Shown: one piece after another, positions 16,974 to 26,260 of the stretch
How the letters are laid out: every line of letters begins with the position of its first letter
How positions within the stretch are numbered: position 1 is the first letter of the stretch
DNA from: an uncultured virus (IMG/VR IMGVR_UViG_3300042542_003718)
Lineage: Duplodnaviria; Heunggongvirae; Uroviricota; Caudoviricetes; Herelleviridae
Strand: one strand, 5' to 3'
IMG/VR virus record: IMGVR_UViG_3300042542_003718
Length of the DNA: 64,000 nucleotides
Made by a program: the position numbers and the translations under genes
The notes under the pieces: generated by a model
Database searches by the model: none
What the model saw: only the letters and a program-made list of their open reading frames with translations
Told to the model about the DNA's origin: nothing

Positions 16974-18914
16974 ATGCCCAGTTCTTTAAATCTCAATGGA
17001 TTAAGAATCTATAAACCAGGCGTATACGCAACAATCGACGCAAGCGCCTTAGGTGGTCAAAATACAAGTACAGGCAACGTTTGTCTAGTCGGTGCTTTTC
17101 CTAGTTTTGAAGCTGACAATCCGCTAACCTTTACAAGCGCCGGAGCGCTAAGGGATTATGACAGCACAGACAAAGAACTAGCGCTACTAGGCAAACTCGC
17201 CTTTGCCCCTAGCGTAGATGATCGTGTGCCCGCCGGCGTCAATTCGCTTACTATTTTGAATGTGCAAACATGCGCACAAGCTAAATACAACTTAGTAAAT
17301 GACAACGCGGACACAGTGGCAACCTTTGAAGCTTCTGTGTGGGGCGCAAAAGGTAATAATACTTATTTAACTTGTTCTTTTGATGGTGCGTTCGATGTTG
17401 CTTTAAATCGTAATGGACTTGCAGAAGAATTCTTGAATGTGTCTAGTGGTGATGTTTGTTCTTTTGAGTATACAGGTAGCGCATTAACTAGCGCTTCTCT
17501 TGATCTTAGCGATACAAGCAATCTAGTAATTACTTGGACAAAAGATGTTGATCTTAGTTCAAATAATGCCGGCGTAAATGTTACCGATATGAAAACAGTA
17601 GCCGGCTTAGGTTTTCAACTTGATGAGGCGCCAACAGGGAATGTAGTAATCGTGATTAGTGGCTATAATGCAGCCGGCGTAGAGACTACACAAACAATTA
17701 CCCTTAGCAATACAACTAAAGTAACAAGTAACGTGTTTTCTCAAATTTACGGGCTAACTATTACAAATACAGCTAAGGCCGGCCTTGTACTCACAATTGA
17801 CGGCGTCGCGTTTGATCTTGATCTATCAACCTTTGAAACAGTGAATGACGTAGTCGACTTTGTAAATCAAGCGAACAATGATTATCATTTTACAGCAAAC
17901 TACTTAGCATCTAAATCATACAATGCGACCGCTTTAGATGGTTTTAGAGATGCACAAGATATCAAGGGCGTAGAAGTAGCCGTAACAGCGAATCTACAAG
18001 AGTTAATTGATACCTTGAGCGCTTCTAAAGTAGCTTCTTTGGTTCGTGTTGGCGCTATTGCATGCGATGATTTTACAAATATTACAGGTACTTTCTTGAT
18101 CGGTGGTACTCAATCAAGCGTAGTTCTTGGTGATTGGACAAGTGCGCTTGAACTCATTGAAACAAGCGATATTCAAATCGTTGTCCCTTTCTCAAGTGAT
18201 GTAGATGTTCATAAAGAAGTTTTGAAACATTGTACTAAATCAGCGCTTGCAGGTAGTGAAAGAAATGGTTGGGTCGGTGCCAGTGCTAATCAATCAATCA
18301 CTGAGCTAAAGAACAATTGGGTTAAGGCGCTCAATAATAGAAACATTGCTTTAGTAGGTCAAAGCGTAAAAGTGACTAATCCTCAAGGCGTCATTCAGAC
18401 ACTTGAACCTAAGTATTTTGCGTTGATCTGTGCAGCTATGCAAGCCGGCACGCCTGTTGCTACGCCTCTCACTAGAAAGCGCCCCGACGTGGTTGATGTT
18501 CTCGGCGCTTGGATTGCTAATAGAGACGTAACAGACGCAATCAAGGCCGGTATTTGCGCTTTAACTTCTGATAATTTAGGGTGGCGCATTGAACGATCTG
18601 TGACTACATGGATCAAAGATGACAATCCTGTTTATTCAGAAGTTTCAGCGAATGAAAGTATCAATACTAGCGTTAGAGACCTTAGAAACGCGCTTGATTT
18701 GTATATTGGCGATCGTAATTTAAATATCACCAGTTCAAGAATCCAAGGTATCGTTTCGGCCCGTCTCGATCAACAAGTAACAGATGGTATTATTAAAGCA
18801 TATAAAAACATAGTCTTAGAGAACTTAGGTGATACGCTCAAAGTAAATTACACAGTCGCAGCCGTAGAACCTTTGAACTTTATTTCTATCACCGCCAGCG
18901 TTAGCAGATTTTAA
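16974..18914 (+). CDS. Contractile tail sheath protein
   Basis: N-terminal PGVY, sheath-type C-terminus (EPLNFI), 646 aa. Confidence 0.9.
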   Translation: MPSSLNLNGLRIYKPGVYATIDASALGGQNTSTGNVCLVGAFPSFEADNPLTFTSAGALRDYDSTDKELALLGKLAFAPSVDDRVPAGVNSLTILNVQTCAQAKYNLVNDNADTVATFEASVWGAKGNNTYLTCSFDGAFDVALNRNGLAEEFLNVSSGDVCSFEYTGSALTSASLDLSDTSNLVITWTKDVDLSSNNAGVNVTDMKTVAGLGFQLDEAPTGNVVIVISGYNAAGVETTQTITLSNTTKVTSNVFSQIYGLTITNTAKAGLVLTIDGVAFDLDLSTFETVNDVVDFVNQANNDYHFTANYLASKSYNATALDGFRDAQDIKGVEVAVTANLQELIDTLSASKVASLVRVGAIACDDFTNITGTFLIGGTQSSVVLGDWTSALELIETSDIQIVVPFSSDVDVHKEVLKHCTKSALAGSERNGWVGASANQSITELKNNWVKALNNRNIALVGQSVKVTNPQGVIQTLEPKYFALICAAMQAGTPVATPLTRKRPDVVDVLGAWIANRDVTDAIKAGICALTSDNLGWRIERSVTTWIKDDNPVYSEVSANESINTSVRDLRNALDLYIGDRNLNITSSRIQGIVSARLDQQVTDGIIKAYKNIVLENLGDTLKVNYTVAAVEPLNFISITASVSRF

Positions 18915-18927
18915 AGGAGCTTAGAAA

Positions 18928-19365
18928 ATGGAAAAAGTTTTTAGTGGTGCAAGAGCAAAGCTCTATTTTAACACAGCAACAGGGCAAGTAGAAGCGGGAT
19001 TCGCTACCGGTATCAGTGTAAACGAAAATCACACTTTACAGCGTGTAAATGTGCTAGGTAACCTTGATTCAGAAGAAATCATAGCAACCTCTAGAACTGT
19101 CGATGTTCGTTGCGACCTAGTTCGTATTAGTGGCAAGTCTCTACGTACTTTGGGCATTTGGCCTAAGGGACAAACTATCGACGTTCTAAACTTCCCTGAA
19201 CTAACTATCGTTGTTTACGATGGAGTAGAGAACAAGATCGTTGCTCAAATTGAAGGGGCTAGATGTGAAACAAGATCATTTCAAGTTCAAGCGGGCGCGA
19301 TCGTGTCAGAGAATGCCAGCTTCCAAGCTAAGAGGCTCAAAGACGAAGCCGATTTGACTTTGTAG
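18928..19365 (+). CDS. Tail tube protein
   Basis: 145-aa beta-rich protein directly after the sheath. Confidence 0.8.
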   Translation: MEKVFSGARAKLYFNTATGQVEAGFATGISVNENHTLQRVNVLGNLDSEEIIATSRTVDVRCDLVRISGKSLRTLGIWPKGQTIDVLNFPELTIVVYDGVENKIVAQIEGARCETRSFQVQAGAIVSENASFQAKRLKDEADLTL

Positions 19366-19374
19366 GATATTGTC

Positions 19375-19590
19375 ATGGATGAACAACAAAAGACAATCGG
19401 CGCCCCTGTTGATGATATCTCACAGATCAAAGATTTGATGAGTATGACACAAAACAACGCCCCTTTAGCCCTTGCCATCTTTGCCGTACTTATGCTTAAC
19501 AAGGTAAAAAATAATCAAGTAAAATCTGAACTTGAAACAAAGATCAATGATCTTGATAGCCGAATTAAGAAGATTGAAAACAAAGATTAA
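19375..19590 (+). CDS. Small membrane protein (holin-like?)
   Basis: One hydrophobic segment followed by a coiled coil. Confidence 0.4.
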   Translation: MDEQQKTIGAPVDDISQIKDLMSMTQNNAPLALAIFAVLMLNKVKNNQVKSELETKINDLDSRIKKIENKD

Positions 19591-21098
19591 AGAAACTTGC
19601 TAAATAGAATTCTAAAAGCAAGTTCAGCGGTTGCAGGGACAACCCCATTCCCTAGTAATGCTATTTCGTCCACGATACTTGTATAACTTGTACACAATTT
19701 TTCATAGTCCAACCAATCGGGAGCCCCATCAACATTTCTACCCATCTCGGATTCAACATTTCCCGATAGTTCAAAAGGTTGATCTCTTCCTGTGTTCTCT
19801 CTGATTCCGGTTTCGCTAGTGCTTGTTCTCTCATTGTTCGTAGTTCGGTGAATGTCAGTTTGTTCGATCGTAGGGCTTGAATTGGCATAGATTCTTGATG
19901 CCCGTTTTGAATGTATGTTGCTAACGCTTCCGGAGAATAAGCAATCTGTTTGAAATCCGTCTTTTTCGGAGTCAGCCAATTCATTACTTGCTCGTTCATC
20001 GTGGCTAAGTGAACTTGCCTTGATACTTTCGCATTCTCTCGGTCGAATATTTGATCTTCCTTGATCGGTGTTATCATTGTCACATCTAGGGCATCGCTCT
20101 TTGTTGATGTTTGCCAGTGTTGCCCTGTCATTGTCTCTATGTGTACTTGCATCCCTAAATCTAATTGCCTGTTCTCTTCTAGTCTCTTGTTCAAGGTGTC
20201 CATCTGAAGAGGATAAATCGACCGGCGCGCTATGCTTTCCATTGGCGTTGCCCAAGTCTTTACTAAGGGTTCTTGGGGGTTCGTAGAATTGTTGTTCTCG
20301 GTCTCTACCGCTAGGCGTGCAAATGCTTGAGGATTGGATTTTTTCAGCGCTAAAAGCTGATGCAGTAATCTTTTGTAGTAAAATGGTTGCGTTGTCATTC
20401 CCATATCCGCCCTGATCATACTTAAGTTTTGATTCACATACACGCTCGCCATTACTGTTGCATGTATCCGACTTGCTTTTACCGGTGTGAAAAATGTATC
20501 GGGAAAACTCTTCAAGCCTAGACGTTTCAATATCTGTTCTTTTTCCCAAGATAAAGACTCTTTGCCTAAGATGGGGGAGGCCTGTTTCTCTCGCAGAGAA
20601 TAAGCCCCAATGGCACTCGTAACCGATTCTTTCCATTTCTCTAATGACATGAAGCAATACGGGCGTTTCTTTGGGGTCTGTCCATTCGTCTGATTGGAGC
20701 TTTGAGCTGACAAGCCCTCGAACATTTTCCAAGAGAACAAAGGCAGGTCTTGACTCAATGATTCCTTGTTTGATGAATGGGAATAAGTGGCGGGGGTCTG
20801 TGTCACCGTCTCTTCGTCCAGCACTTGAAAAAGGTTGACATGGGAAACCGCCAGATAAGATATCCACGCATCCACGAAATTTGCCGAATGGGAATGTTTT
20901 AAGGTTCGACCATATAGGAGCGGGCGCAATGATTCCTTTTTCCATTTTGTCAATAATGTTTTCGATTGCGTAAAGTTCGATCTCACAGTAAGCGAGGGTT
21001 CGCAGGTTTGGCAAAACTCTTGCAAGTCCAAGATCAATCCCGCCGTATCCTGTACAAAGGGAGATATGATTAAATTTTTTGGTAGTATCCACATTCAT
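19587..21098 (-). CDS. C5-cytosine DNA methyltransferase, frame A (motifs I-VIII and X)
   Basis: LCTGYGG (I), GFPCQPFS (IV), ENV (VI), RQRVF (VIII), LGNGVVP (X). Confidence 0.9.
   Translation of the reverse strand: MNVDTTKKFNHISLCTGYGGIDLGLARVLPNLRTLAYCEIELYAIENIIDKMEKGIIAPAPIWSNLKTFPFGKFRGCVDILSGGFPCQPFSSAGRRDGDTDPRHLFPFIKQGIIESRPAFVLLENVRGLVSSKLQSDEWTDPKETPVLLHVIREMERIGYECHWGLFSARETGLPHLRQRVFILGKRTDIETSRLEEFSRYIFHTGKSKSDTCNSNGERVCESKLKYDQGGYGNDNATILLQKITASAFSAEKIQSSSICTPSGRDREQQFYEPPRTLSKDLGNANGKHSAPVDLSSSDGHLEQETRREQAIRFRDASTHRDNDRATLANINKERCPRCDNDNTDQGRSNIRPRECESIKASSLSHDERASNELADSEKDGFQTDCLFSGSVSNIHSKRASRIYANSSPTIEQTDIHRTTNNERTSTSETGIRENTGRDQPFELSGNVESEMGRNVDGAPDWLDYEKLCTSYTSIVDEIALLGNGVVPATAELAFRILFSKFL
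19661..21094 (-). CDS. Overlapping alternative-frame MTase partner (TRD-like region and motif IX)
   Basis: 477 codons without a stop; WATP/WLTP motifs and LNPRWVEMLMGLPIGWT (motif IX-like). Confidence 0.7.
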   Translation of the reverse strand: MWILPKNLIISPFVQDTAGLILDLQEFCQTCEPSLTVRSNFTQSKTLLTKWKKESLRPLLYGRTLKHSHSANFVDAWISYLAVSHVNLFQVLDEETVTQTPATYSHSSNKESLSQDLPLFSWKMFEGLSAQSSNQTNGQTPKKRPYCFMSLEKWKESVTSAIGAYSLREKQASPILGKESLSWEKEQILKRLGLKSFPDTFFTPVKASRIHATVMASVYVNQNLSMIRADMGMTTQPFYYKRLLHQLLALKKSNPQAFARLAVETENNNSTNPQEPLVKTWATPMESIARRSIYPLQMDTLNKRLEENRQLDLGMQVHIETMTGQHWQTSTKSDALDVTMITPIKEDQIFDRENAKVSRQVHLATMNEQVMNWLTPKKTDFKQIAYSPEALATYIQNGHQESMPIQALRSNKLTFTELRTMREQALAKPESERTQEEINLLNYREMLNPRWVEMLMGLPIGWTMKNCVQVIQVSWTK

Positions 21099-21181
21099 TT
21101 TTTGCTTTCGTAGATTGATTAATTAGCGAATGAATTAAATATATAACAGTAACTTAGAAATAATATAAATTTGAAAAGTAA

Positions 21182-21517
21182 TTAGATGTACTTAATTTCT
21201 TTTTCTAAGCGATCTAAGATATCTTGCTTAGCCTTTAAGTAATCATTGATCGCGCTTGTGTATGCACTAAGTAATCTATAAACAGTGAGTTCAATTTCAG
21301 AAGAACCGAAGGCCCTGAACATGCCGATTTTAGAATGTTCTTTCATGCCATCCGCTTCTAAGAAGTATAAGTATTCATCGGAACTCATAACGTAATTTAC
21401 TGTGATTTGTGCTGTTTGGCCTTTTTCTCTTACGATCATTTGTAAGCGATCATCATTGTATTGTACTTCGTAGCCTTCGCTAATGAATAGGCAACTTGCG
21501 AACTGTAAAGAATCCAT
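21182..21517 (-). CDS. Hypothetical protein
   Basis: Downstream of the promoter at 21588; ATG 21517 fits the predicted transcript start. Confidence 0.6.
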   Translation of the reverse strand: MDSLQFASCLFISEGYEVQYNDDRLQMIVREKGQTAQITVNYVMSSDEYLYFLEADGMKEHSKIGMFRAFGSSEIELTVYRLLSAYTSAINDYLKAKQDILDRLEKEIKYI

Positions 21518-21543
21518 GTGAAAACTCGTTTCATAGTGGTTTT

Positions 21544-21615
21544 GGTTAAGGGTGAACACATACTAAATCAAGGTTTTTACTTTGTCAATAAATTTTACAA
21601 AGATTTATATTTTTA
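21544..21615 (-). promoter_or_regulatory. Sigma70-like promoter, same family as 3356/7295
   Basis: TTTGTAAAATTTA-TTGACA-17 nt-TAGTAT, then CCTTAACC. Confidence 0.75.
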
Positions 21616-21670
21616 TTTTTTACTTGAATTGCATAGTATCAAGGCAAACATGAACCAGGAGAAAAGAAAA

Positions 21671-22099
21671 ATGGACTTAAGAAACCTAGTAACAGAAGAC
21701 GAAGCGATCAAGCCTCTAATCAAAAGAGAATTGCCCTTGATCATTACTTATCATGATCCAGAAGGAGAGAGGCATCAAGACACAGTGATTTCAAAAGTAC
21801 CTGATGGAGACGGAAAACTATTGATTGAACGAAAAATGGCGCTTTTGTCCGCCGGCCCATGGGAAAATTTAAGCCCGCTAGCTAAGTTAAGAATTGAAGC
21901 GATCGCCGTTTTAAGCGTGCAACTTGTGCAGCCCCCCGAATGGTTGAATAAGTGGGCGGTGATTGATGATGAACTACTTTTCGATCTAAGGGAGCAACTT
22001 GGCAAGCATGCTAATCTATACTTTCGCTCAAATATTGGACAGGGTACGGGCGATTCGGCGGTCTCAAGAGTGGCGATTTATTCAAAAGAACTTGCCTAA
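21671..22099 (+). CDS. Tail assembly chaperone
   Basis: Between tube and tape measure; PPEW motif; AGGAG SD. Confidence 0.7.
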   Translation: MDLRNLVTEDEAIKPLIKRELPLIITYHDPEGERHQDTVISKVPDGDGKLLIERKMALLSAGPWENLSPLAKLRIEAIAVLSVQLVQPPEWLNKWAVIDDELLFDLREQLGKHANLYFRSNIGQGTGDSAVSRVAIYSKELA

Positions 22100-22307
22100 T
22101 ACATACCCTAGATCACAAGTAAACTCTGTTTATTCGTCCCTGTCAGAAAATGATCAATTTGAATCATGGCTTTTATCCCTATCTGATGAAGATTATGATA
22201 AAATACAACCTAGATACAAAGTAAATCAAGACAAAACCATAAAACACGAAAACAAGATCGATGATCAGTGGGAACGTGAATTTTGGCAAAAAGAAAAGGG
22301 GGAATAG
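21999..22307 (+). CDS. Tail chaperone extension (probable frameshift product)
   Basis: Overlapping +1 frame ORF with no good start; ends flush with the tape measure ATG. Confidence 0.55.
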   Translation: MASMLIYTFAQILDRVRAIRRSQEWRFIQKNLPNTYPRSQVNSVYSSLSENDQFESWLLSLSDEDYDKIQPRYKVNQDKTIKHENKIDDQWEREFWQKEKGE

Positions 22308-23963
22308 ATGGCAACGCAAAGAGTAGAAATTGTTGTTGATCTCAATGATCAAGCGGCAATGCAAGCCCTGAACACATTTAAAACACAGTTTCAAGGGATT
22401 GTTTCAAATGTGCAAGATGCTTTGACCGATGCGCAAAAGGCCCAAGCCTTCCAGATGCAGCAAAGATTAGCACAACAACAATATGACACGAACAGGGAGC
22501 GGGAGCGTAGAAATGAAGAACGCCATCAACGGCAAATGGCGCAAAGTCAAGAGAACATATTAAATAAAGAGAATGAAGAACGAAGGCGCACAGAACAAGC
22601 CCAAAAAGCACAAGTACAACTTGAAAAAGAAAAAGTACAACAACAAAGATTACGCATTATTCAAGGGGCGGGGCGGATGATTACGGCGGGCGTCTCTACC
22701 GGTATGAATATTGCGACAAGTTCAGATGCCAGCGGCGTAATTAGCGCATTAAGTAGCGGGGCGGGGCAAGGTGTCAATGCACTTGGGGGCTTACTTAGCA
22801 ATTTAGGTATGCAGAAAACGGGGGGCATTGTTCAAACGATAGGGGGCTTAACGCCTATCGTTGGGCAAGGTATCGCCGCCGTAATTGGTCAAATGTATTC
22901 TAGGTTTACAGAAGCGGCACAATATGAATTGCCCAAAATGATTGCTTCTTATCGTGCGGGCGCCGGAATGGCAAAGGCCGCGCCCACATTTGGCAACGCT
23001 TTTGGTGGCTACTCAATGATGGAATCATTAAACAATTTAAACGCATATTCGGCGGCGTTTGGCGAAAAGAGTTTTATAAAAAAAGGCTTAAAAACGATTT
23101 ATACAGATATGCGAAGCGCTGAAATGATGGGTATTAATCCGCTAGCTATTCCACAATTTGCCGCTTTAGGTGGTATGGGCGGCGCACAACAAAGCGAAAC
23201 ATCTATGGCAGGAATTGCCCGCGGTGTTTTACAGTATGCAAACAGTAAAAATATGCTAGGTTCACAAGCTGAAAAGTTGTTAGGCGCTATCAATTCAGGG
23301 ATTCAAGGCATGGCATCTAAGGGGCTTGCAGTAGATGCACGCTCACTTACTAGCTTTATCTTAGGCGTATCAAATGCAGGTATCAAATCAGTACAAGGGG
23401 CGGGGGCGGTTCGTGCAATTCAAGGGATTGAGGCGGTCGCAGGTCAAGCAAAAGGGGGCTACTTAGGCAATTTTCAAGGTTTAGCAATGCAGGCACTACA
23501 AGCGGAGGCAGCGGCCACAAGTGACGGCACCCCCCTTGGCATGGTTACTAAGCTTGAAGAGTTTCAAGCGGACCCCAGACAAGCTACGCAAATTATTAAA
23601 AAGAGGCTAGGCGATACCGTCTCTAAACTTGCACTAGGTGGGGCGGGGTTATCACAGGCACAGATTAGCGCATTGTTTGAGGCAAGCGACGCGAAAAAAG
23701 TAGGCATAGGAAATACGTTTGATCTTACGGGGCAAATTGGCGATCAATTAGATGTCACAAAGAAACTAAATACACTTGAAAGACAACGTGTTGAACGAAC
23801 ATTTGACTATGTAAACACAGGCGGCGGAAAAGCTCAATTAGACGCACTTCTCGGCATACAACAGAAATTAGAAATATTGCTTGAGGGCGTAGGCACTAGC
23901 AGGCTAACACAAGCAATTCTTGACGCTTCGAACGCCGTTATCAACTTTCTAGGGACAAAATAA
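22308..23963 (+). CDS. Tape measure protein (short, 551 aa)
   Basis: Ala/Gly/Gln-rich helical protein after the chaperone. Confidence 0.7.
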   Translation: MATQRVEIVVDLNDQAAMQALNTFKTQFQGIVSNVQDALTDAQKAQAFQMQQRLAQQQYDTNRERERRNEERHQRQMAQSQENILNKENEERRRTEQAQKAQVQLEKEKVQQQRLRIIQGAGRMITAGVSTGMNIATSSDASGVISALSSGAGQGVNALGGLLSNLGMQKTGGIVQTIGGLTPIVGQGIAAVIGQMYSRFTEAAQYELPKMIASYRAGAGMAKAAPTFGNAFGGYSMMESLNNLNAYSAAFGEKSFIKKGLKTIYTDMRSAEMMGINPLAIPQFAALGGMGGAQQSETSMAGIARGVLQYANSKNMLGSQAEKLLGAINSGIQGMASKGLAVDARSLTSFILGVSNAGIKSVQGAGAVRAIQGIEAVAGQAKGGYLGNFQGLAMQALQAEAAATSDGTPLGMVTKLEEFQADPRQATQIIKKRLGDTVSKLALGGAGLSQAQISALFEASDAKKVGIGNTFDLTGQIGDQLDVTKKLNTLERQRVERTFDYVNTGGGKAQLDALLGIQQKLEILLEGVGTSRLTQAILDASNAVINFLGTK

Positions 23964-23972
23964 GGAGTATTT

Positions 23973-25532
23973 ATGATTAAATTTGAAGTCTTATTGACGC
24001 GCAAAATAAACGAAAATTCGCAAGAATCAGGCTTATATGAAATTAGCGATTATATTCATGATCTACAGATTGTATATGCGTTAAAATCACCATATGAACA
24101 GGCAACATTAAGGGCGAAAGTTCCATTTAATGAGCTACCTATTATTTTTGGGCGTACTATTCCCGTTACCGGTGATATTTTGTATGATTATGACGCCATG
24201 CAGGTTGACGGTTGGGCGACAATCTACGAGCTTGACGATGAACAAAACACAAGAAAGCTTAGATTTTTTGGCGTAGTTTCATCAATAACATCGGGGCTTG
24301 TGGCAGATCAAAACGGACTAAAAACAACGATTGATCTAAACATTGTTTTAAATTCTTGGATATCTGTTTTACAAACAAACATTAAACTAATTCTATCTGA
24401 ATACTATAAAGCGCAAAATTTGAATATTGATAGCGGCGTATCTAGTGAACTTGATTACTACGCAAAATTAAATGAGCTATTAAAGAATTTCAATGATCCT
24501 AAAGATGCTATTAAACAATGGTATTCTACGTTTTGCGTATTCGCACCAGATTCCCGAATTACTAACAAATCTTTGAATGATGTTATTTTGTTAACACGCA
24601 CCGCCGATTTAAAGAAATATGCGATTACAGGGCGCACACTAACCGAAATTGTATCTTTTAATTTTGATACATTGTTTCCCTCTATAAATAACAACATTTT
24701 GAGTTCTTTAACTTCATCGTTTCAAGGTGAAATGGAAAACGTACTTGAATTTTTCCCATCATATGAAGAAATCACCAGCACAGAAGGTATTTTCTCAAAC
24801 GACGGAGAAGGACCGCCACAAGCACAAATTCAGCCTGTTCTTCTTTATAGATACCGCCCCATTCCTATTGATTATAAAAACGCCCCCGCCGCCGCTAGTG
24901 TCGTATTAAATACAGGTAAGGTAAAGAAGGGAGAAATTCGCACAAATGCAGAAGGTGAAGCACAATTAGAATTTGATAGAGAAGGGGCATCGTTAACGTT
25001 CAACGCTATCAAGCCTAACTTTTTGAAACCTATTAAAATTGATACAATATCAAGTTTATCAATTACATGGAGTACAAGCAACCGCTTGAATTTGATCAAT
25101 GTTTCTACAAGAGCGAGCGGCGTAAACAATATTCTAGGCACCACAACAGATTTCTTTATTGATACCGAGTCAATCAAGAAATATGGCGTTTTTGGTTATG
25201 AAGCTACATACCCATTTTTTGGAGCAAAAGCGGAAAATGAAAAGATTAGAGACTTTGCAAAAGAACTAACAACGTATGTACGATTGTTATTTGGTAGCGG
25301 TGAAATATACGGCCTTGCGCAGTGTGTATCTTATTATGAACCTAGTATCAAGCATGGCGAATATGTAGTTATTGGGGTTTCATACCAACAAGGCAACACA
25401 AAAAACCCATTAAATTACTATATTGGTTATTGTACACAGGTTACGCATATGCATAAAGCATTACCAGACGGGCGAATACAAAGATCATCAAGTTTCACAT
25501 TAGAGCGCTTACAAGTATATCAAGAAGGATAG
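23973..25532 (+). CDS. Putative baseplate hub
   Basis: Synteny; hub-like C-terminus (YCTQVTH...FTLER). Confidence 0.5.
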   Translation: MIKFEVLLTRKINENSQESGLYEISDYIHDLQIVYALKSPYEQATLRAKVPFNELPIIFGRTIPVTGDILYDYDAMQVDGWATIYELDDEQNTRKLRFFGVVSSITSGLVADQNGLKTTIDLNIVLNSWISVLQTNIKLILSEYYKAQNLNIDSGVSSELDYYAKLNELLKNFNDPKDAIKQWYSTFCVFAPDSRITNKSLNDVILLTRTADLKKYAITGRTLTEIVSFNFDTLFPSINNNILSSLTSSFQGEMENVLEFFPSYEEITSTEGIFSNDGEGPPQAQIQPVLLYRYRPIPIDYKNAPAAASVVLNTGKVKKGEIRTNAEGEAQLEFDREGASLTFNAIKPNFLKPIKIDTISSLSITWSTSNRLNLINVSTRASGVNNILGTTTDFFIDTESIKKYGVFGYEATYPFFGAKAENEKIRDFAKELTTYVRLLFGSGEIYGLAQCVSYYEPSIKHGEYVVIGVSYQQGNTKNPLNYYIGYCTQVTHMHKALPDGRIQRSSSFTLERLQVYQEG

Positions 25533-25538
25533 TAGACC

Positions 25539-26252
25539 ATGTTAAATATCAAGAAACCAGGAGCGAGCACCGCACGCATACAGGGCGCACCGGCAAAAAC
25601 AAATAATCAACCAACGATCGGCACTACGATATATAATGGGGCCGCGTCTCTCTATACGCCTATCATGGGAATCGGAGGCGGTCAATCTTTTGTTTATGCG
25701 CCCCCCGAAGATCAATCAGAAGCATTCATAGAATATAATGATAAAATCGCAAGAGGTTTCTATGTATCTTCCACAATTCCGAATGTTTCAGACTTGCAAG
25801 AGGAGACAGACGCCCCGACCGCTGATTATGCATACAAAGCATCAATTCAAGATGTACTTGTGAAACAGGGCGATTCCGTGATTGCAGTATCAAGAAACAA
25901 TGGTATTCTTTTGGATACCTCAAACACTGATCAATCAATTAGGATCCAGTTATCGGGGGCGGGCAAATTAAGAATTTCTTCAAATGGTGAAAGTGAGGAT
26001 TTTGTAATAATTGCCAGTGACACAATGAACTATTTGACCGCCGAGACTCAAAAACAAGTTCTACTTGTGAACACGTTACTTGCAATCATAGAATCAATGA
26101 TTGTCACACTGAACAGCATAAGCGGCGCCCCTGTAACAGGTACAATCTTAGCGGGGCTAATAACACCAATTCAAACAATCTTAAATAATACAAATTTCTC
26201 AAATCCGCCCCCAAGTATGGTATCATCAAAAATAAAGATTCCTAGAGGATAG
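25539..26252 (+). CDS. Putative baseplate spike
   Basis: Synteny; beta-strand repeats. Confidence 0.45.
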   Translation: MLNIKKPGASTARIQGAPAKTNNQPTIGTTIYNGAASLYTPIMGIGGGQSFVYAPPEDQSEAFIEYNDKIARGFYVSSTIPNVSDLQEETDAPTADYAYKASIQDVLVKQGDSVIAVSRNNGILLDTSNTDQSIRIQLSGAGKLRISSNGESEDFVIIASDTMNYLTAETQKQVLLVNTLLAIIESMIVTLNSISGAPVTGTILAGLITPIQTILNNTNFSNPPPSMVSSKIKIPRG

Positions 26253-26260
26253 GGGGCAAA

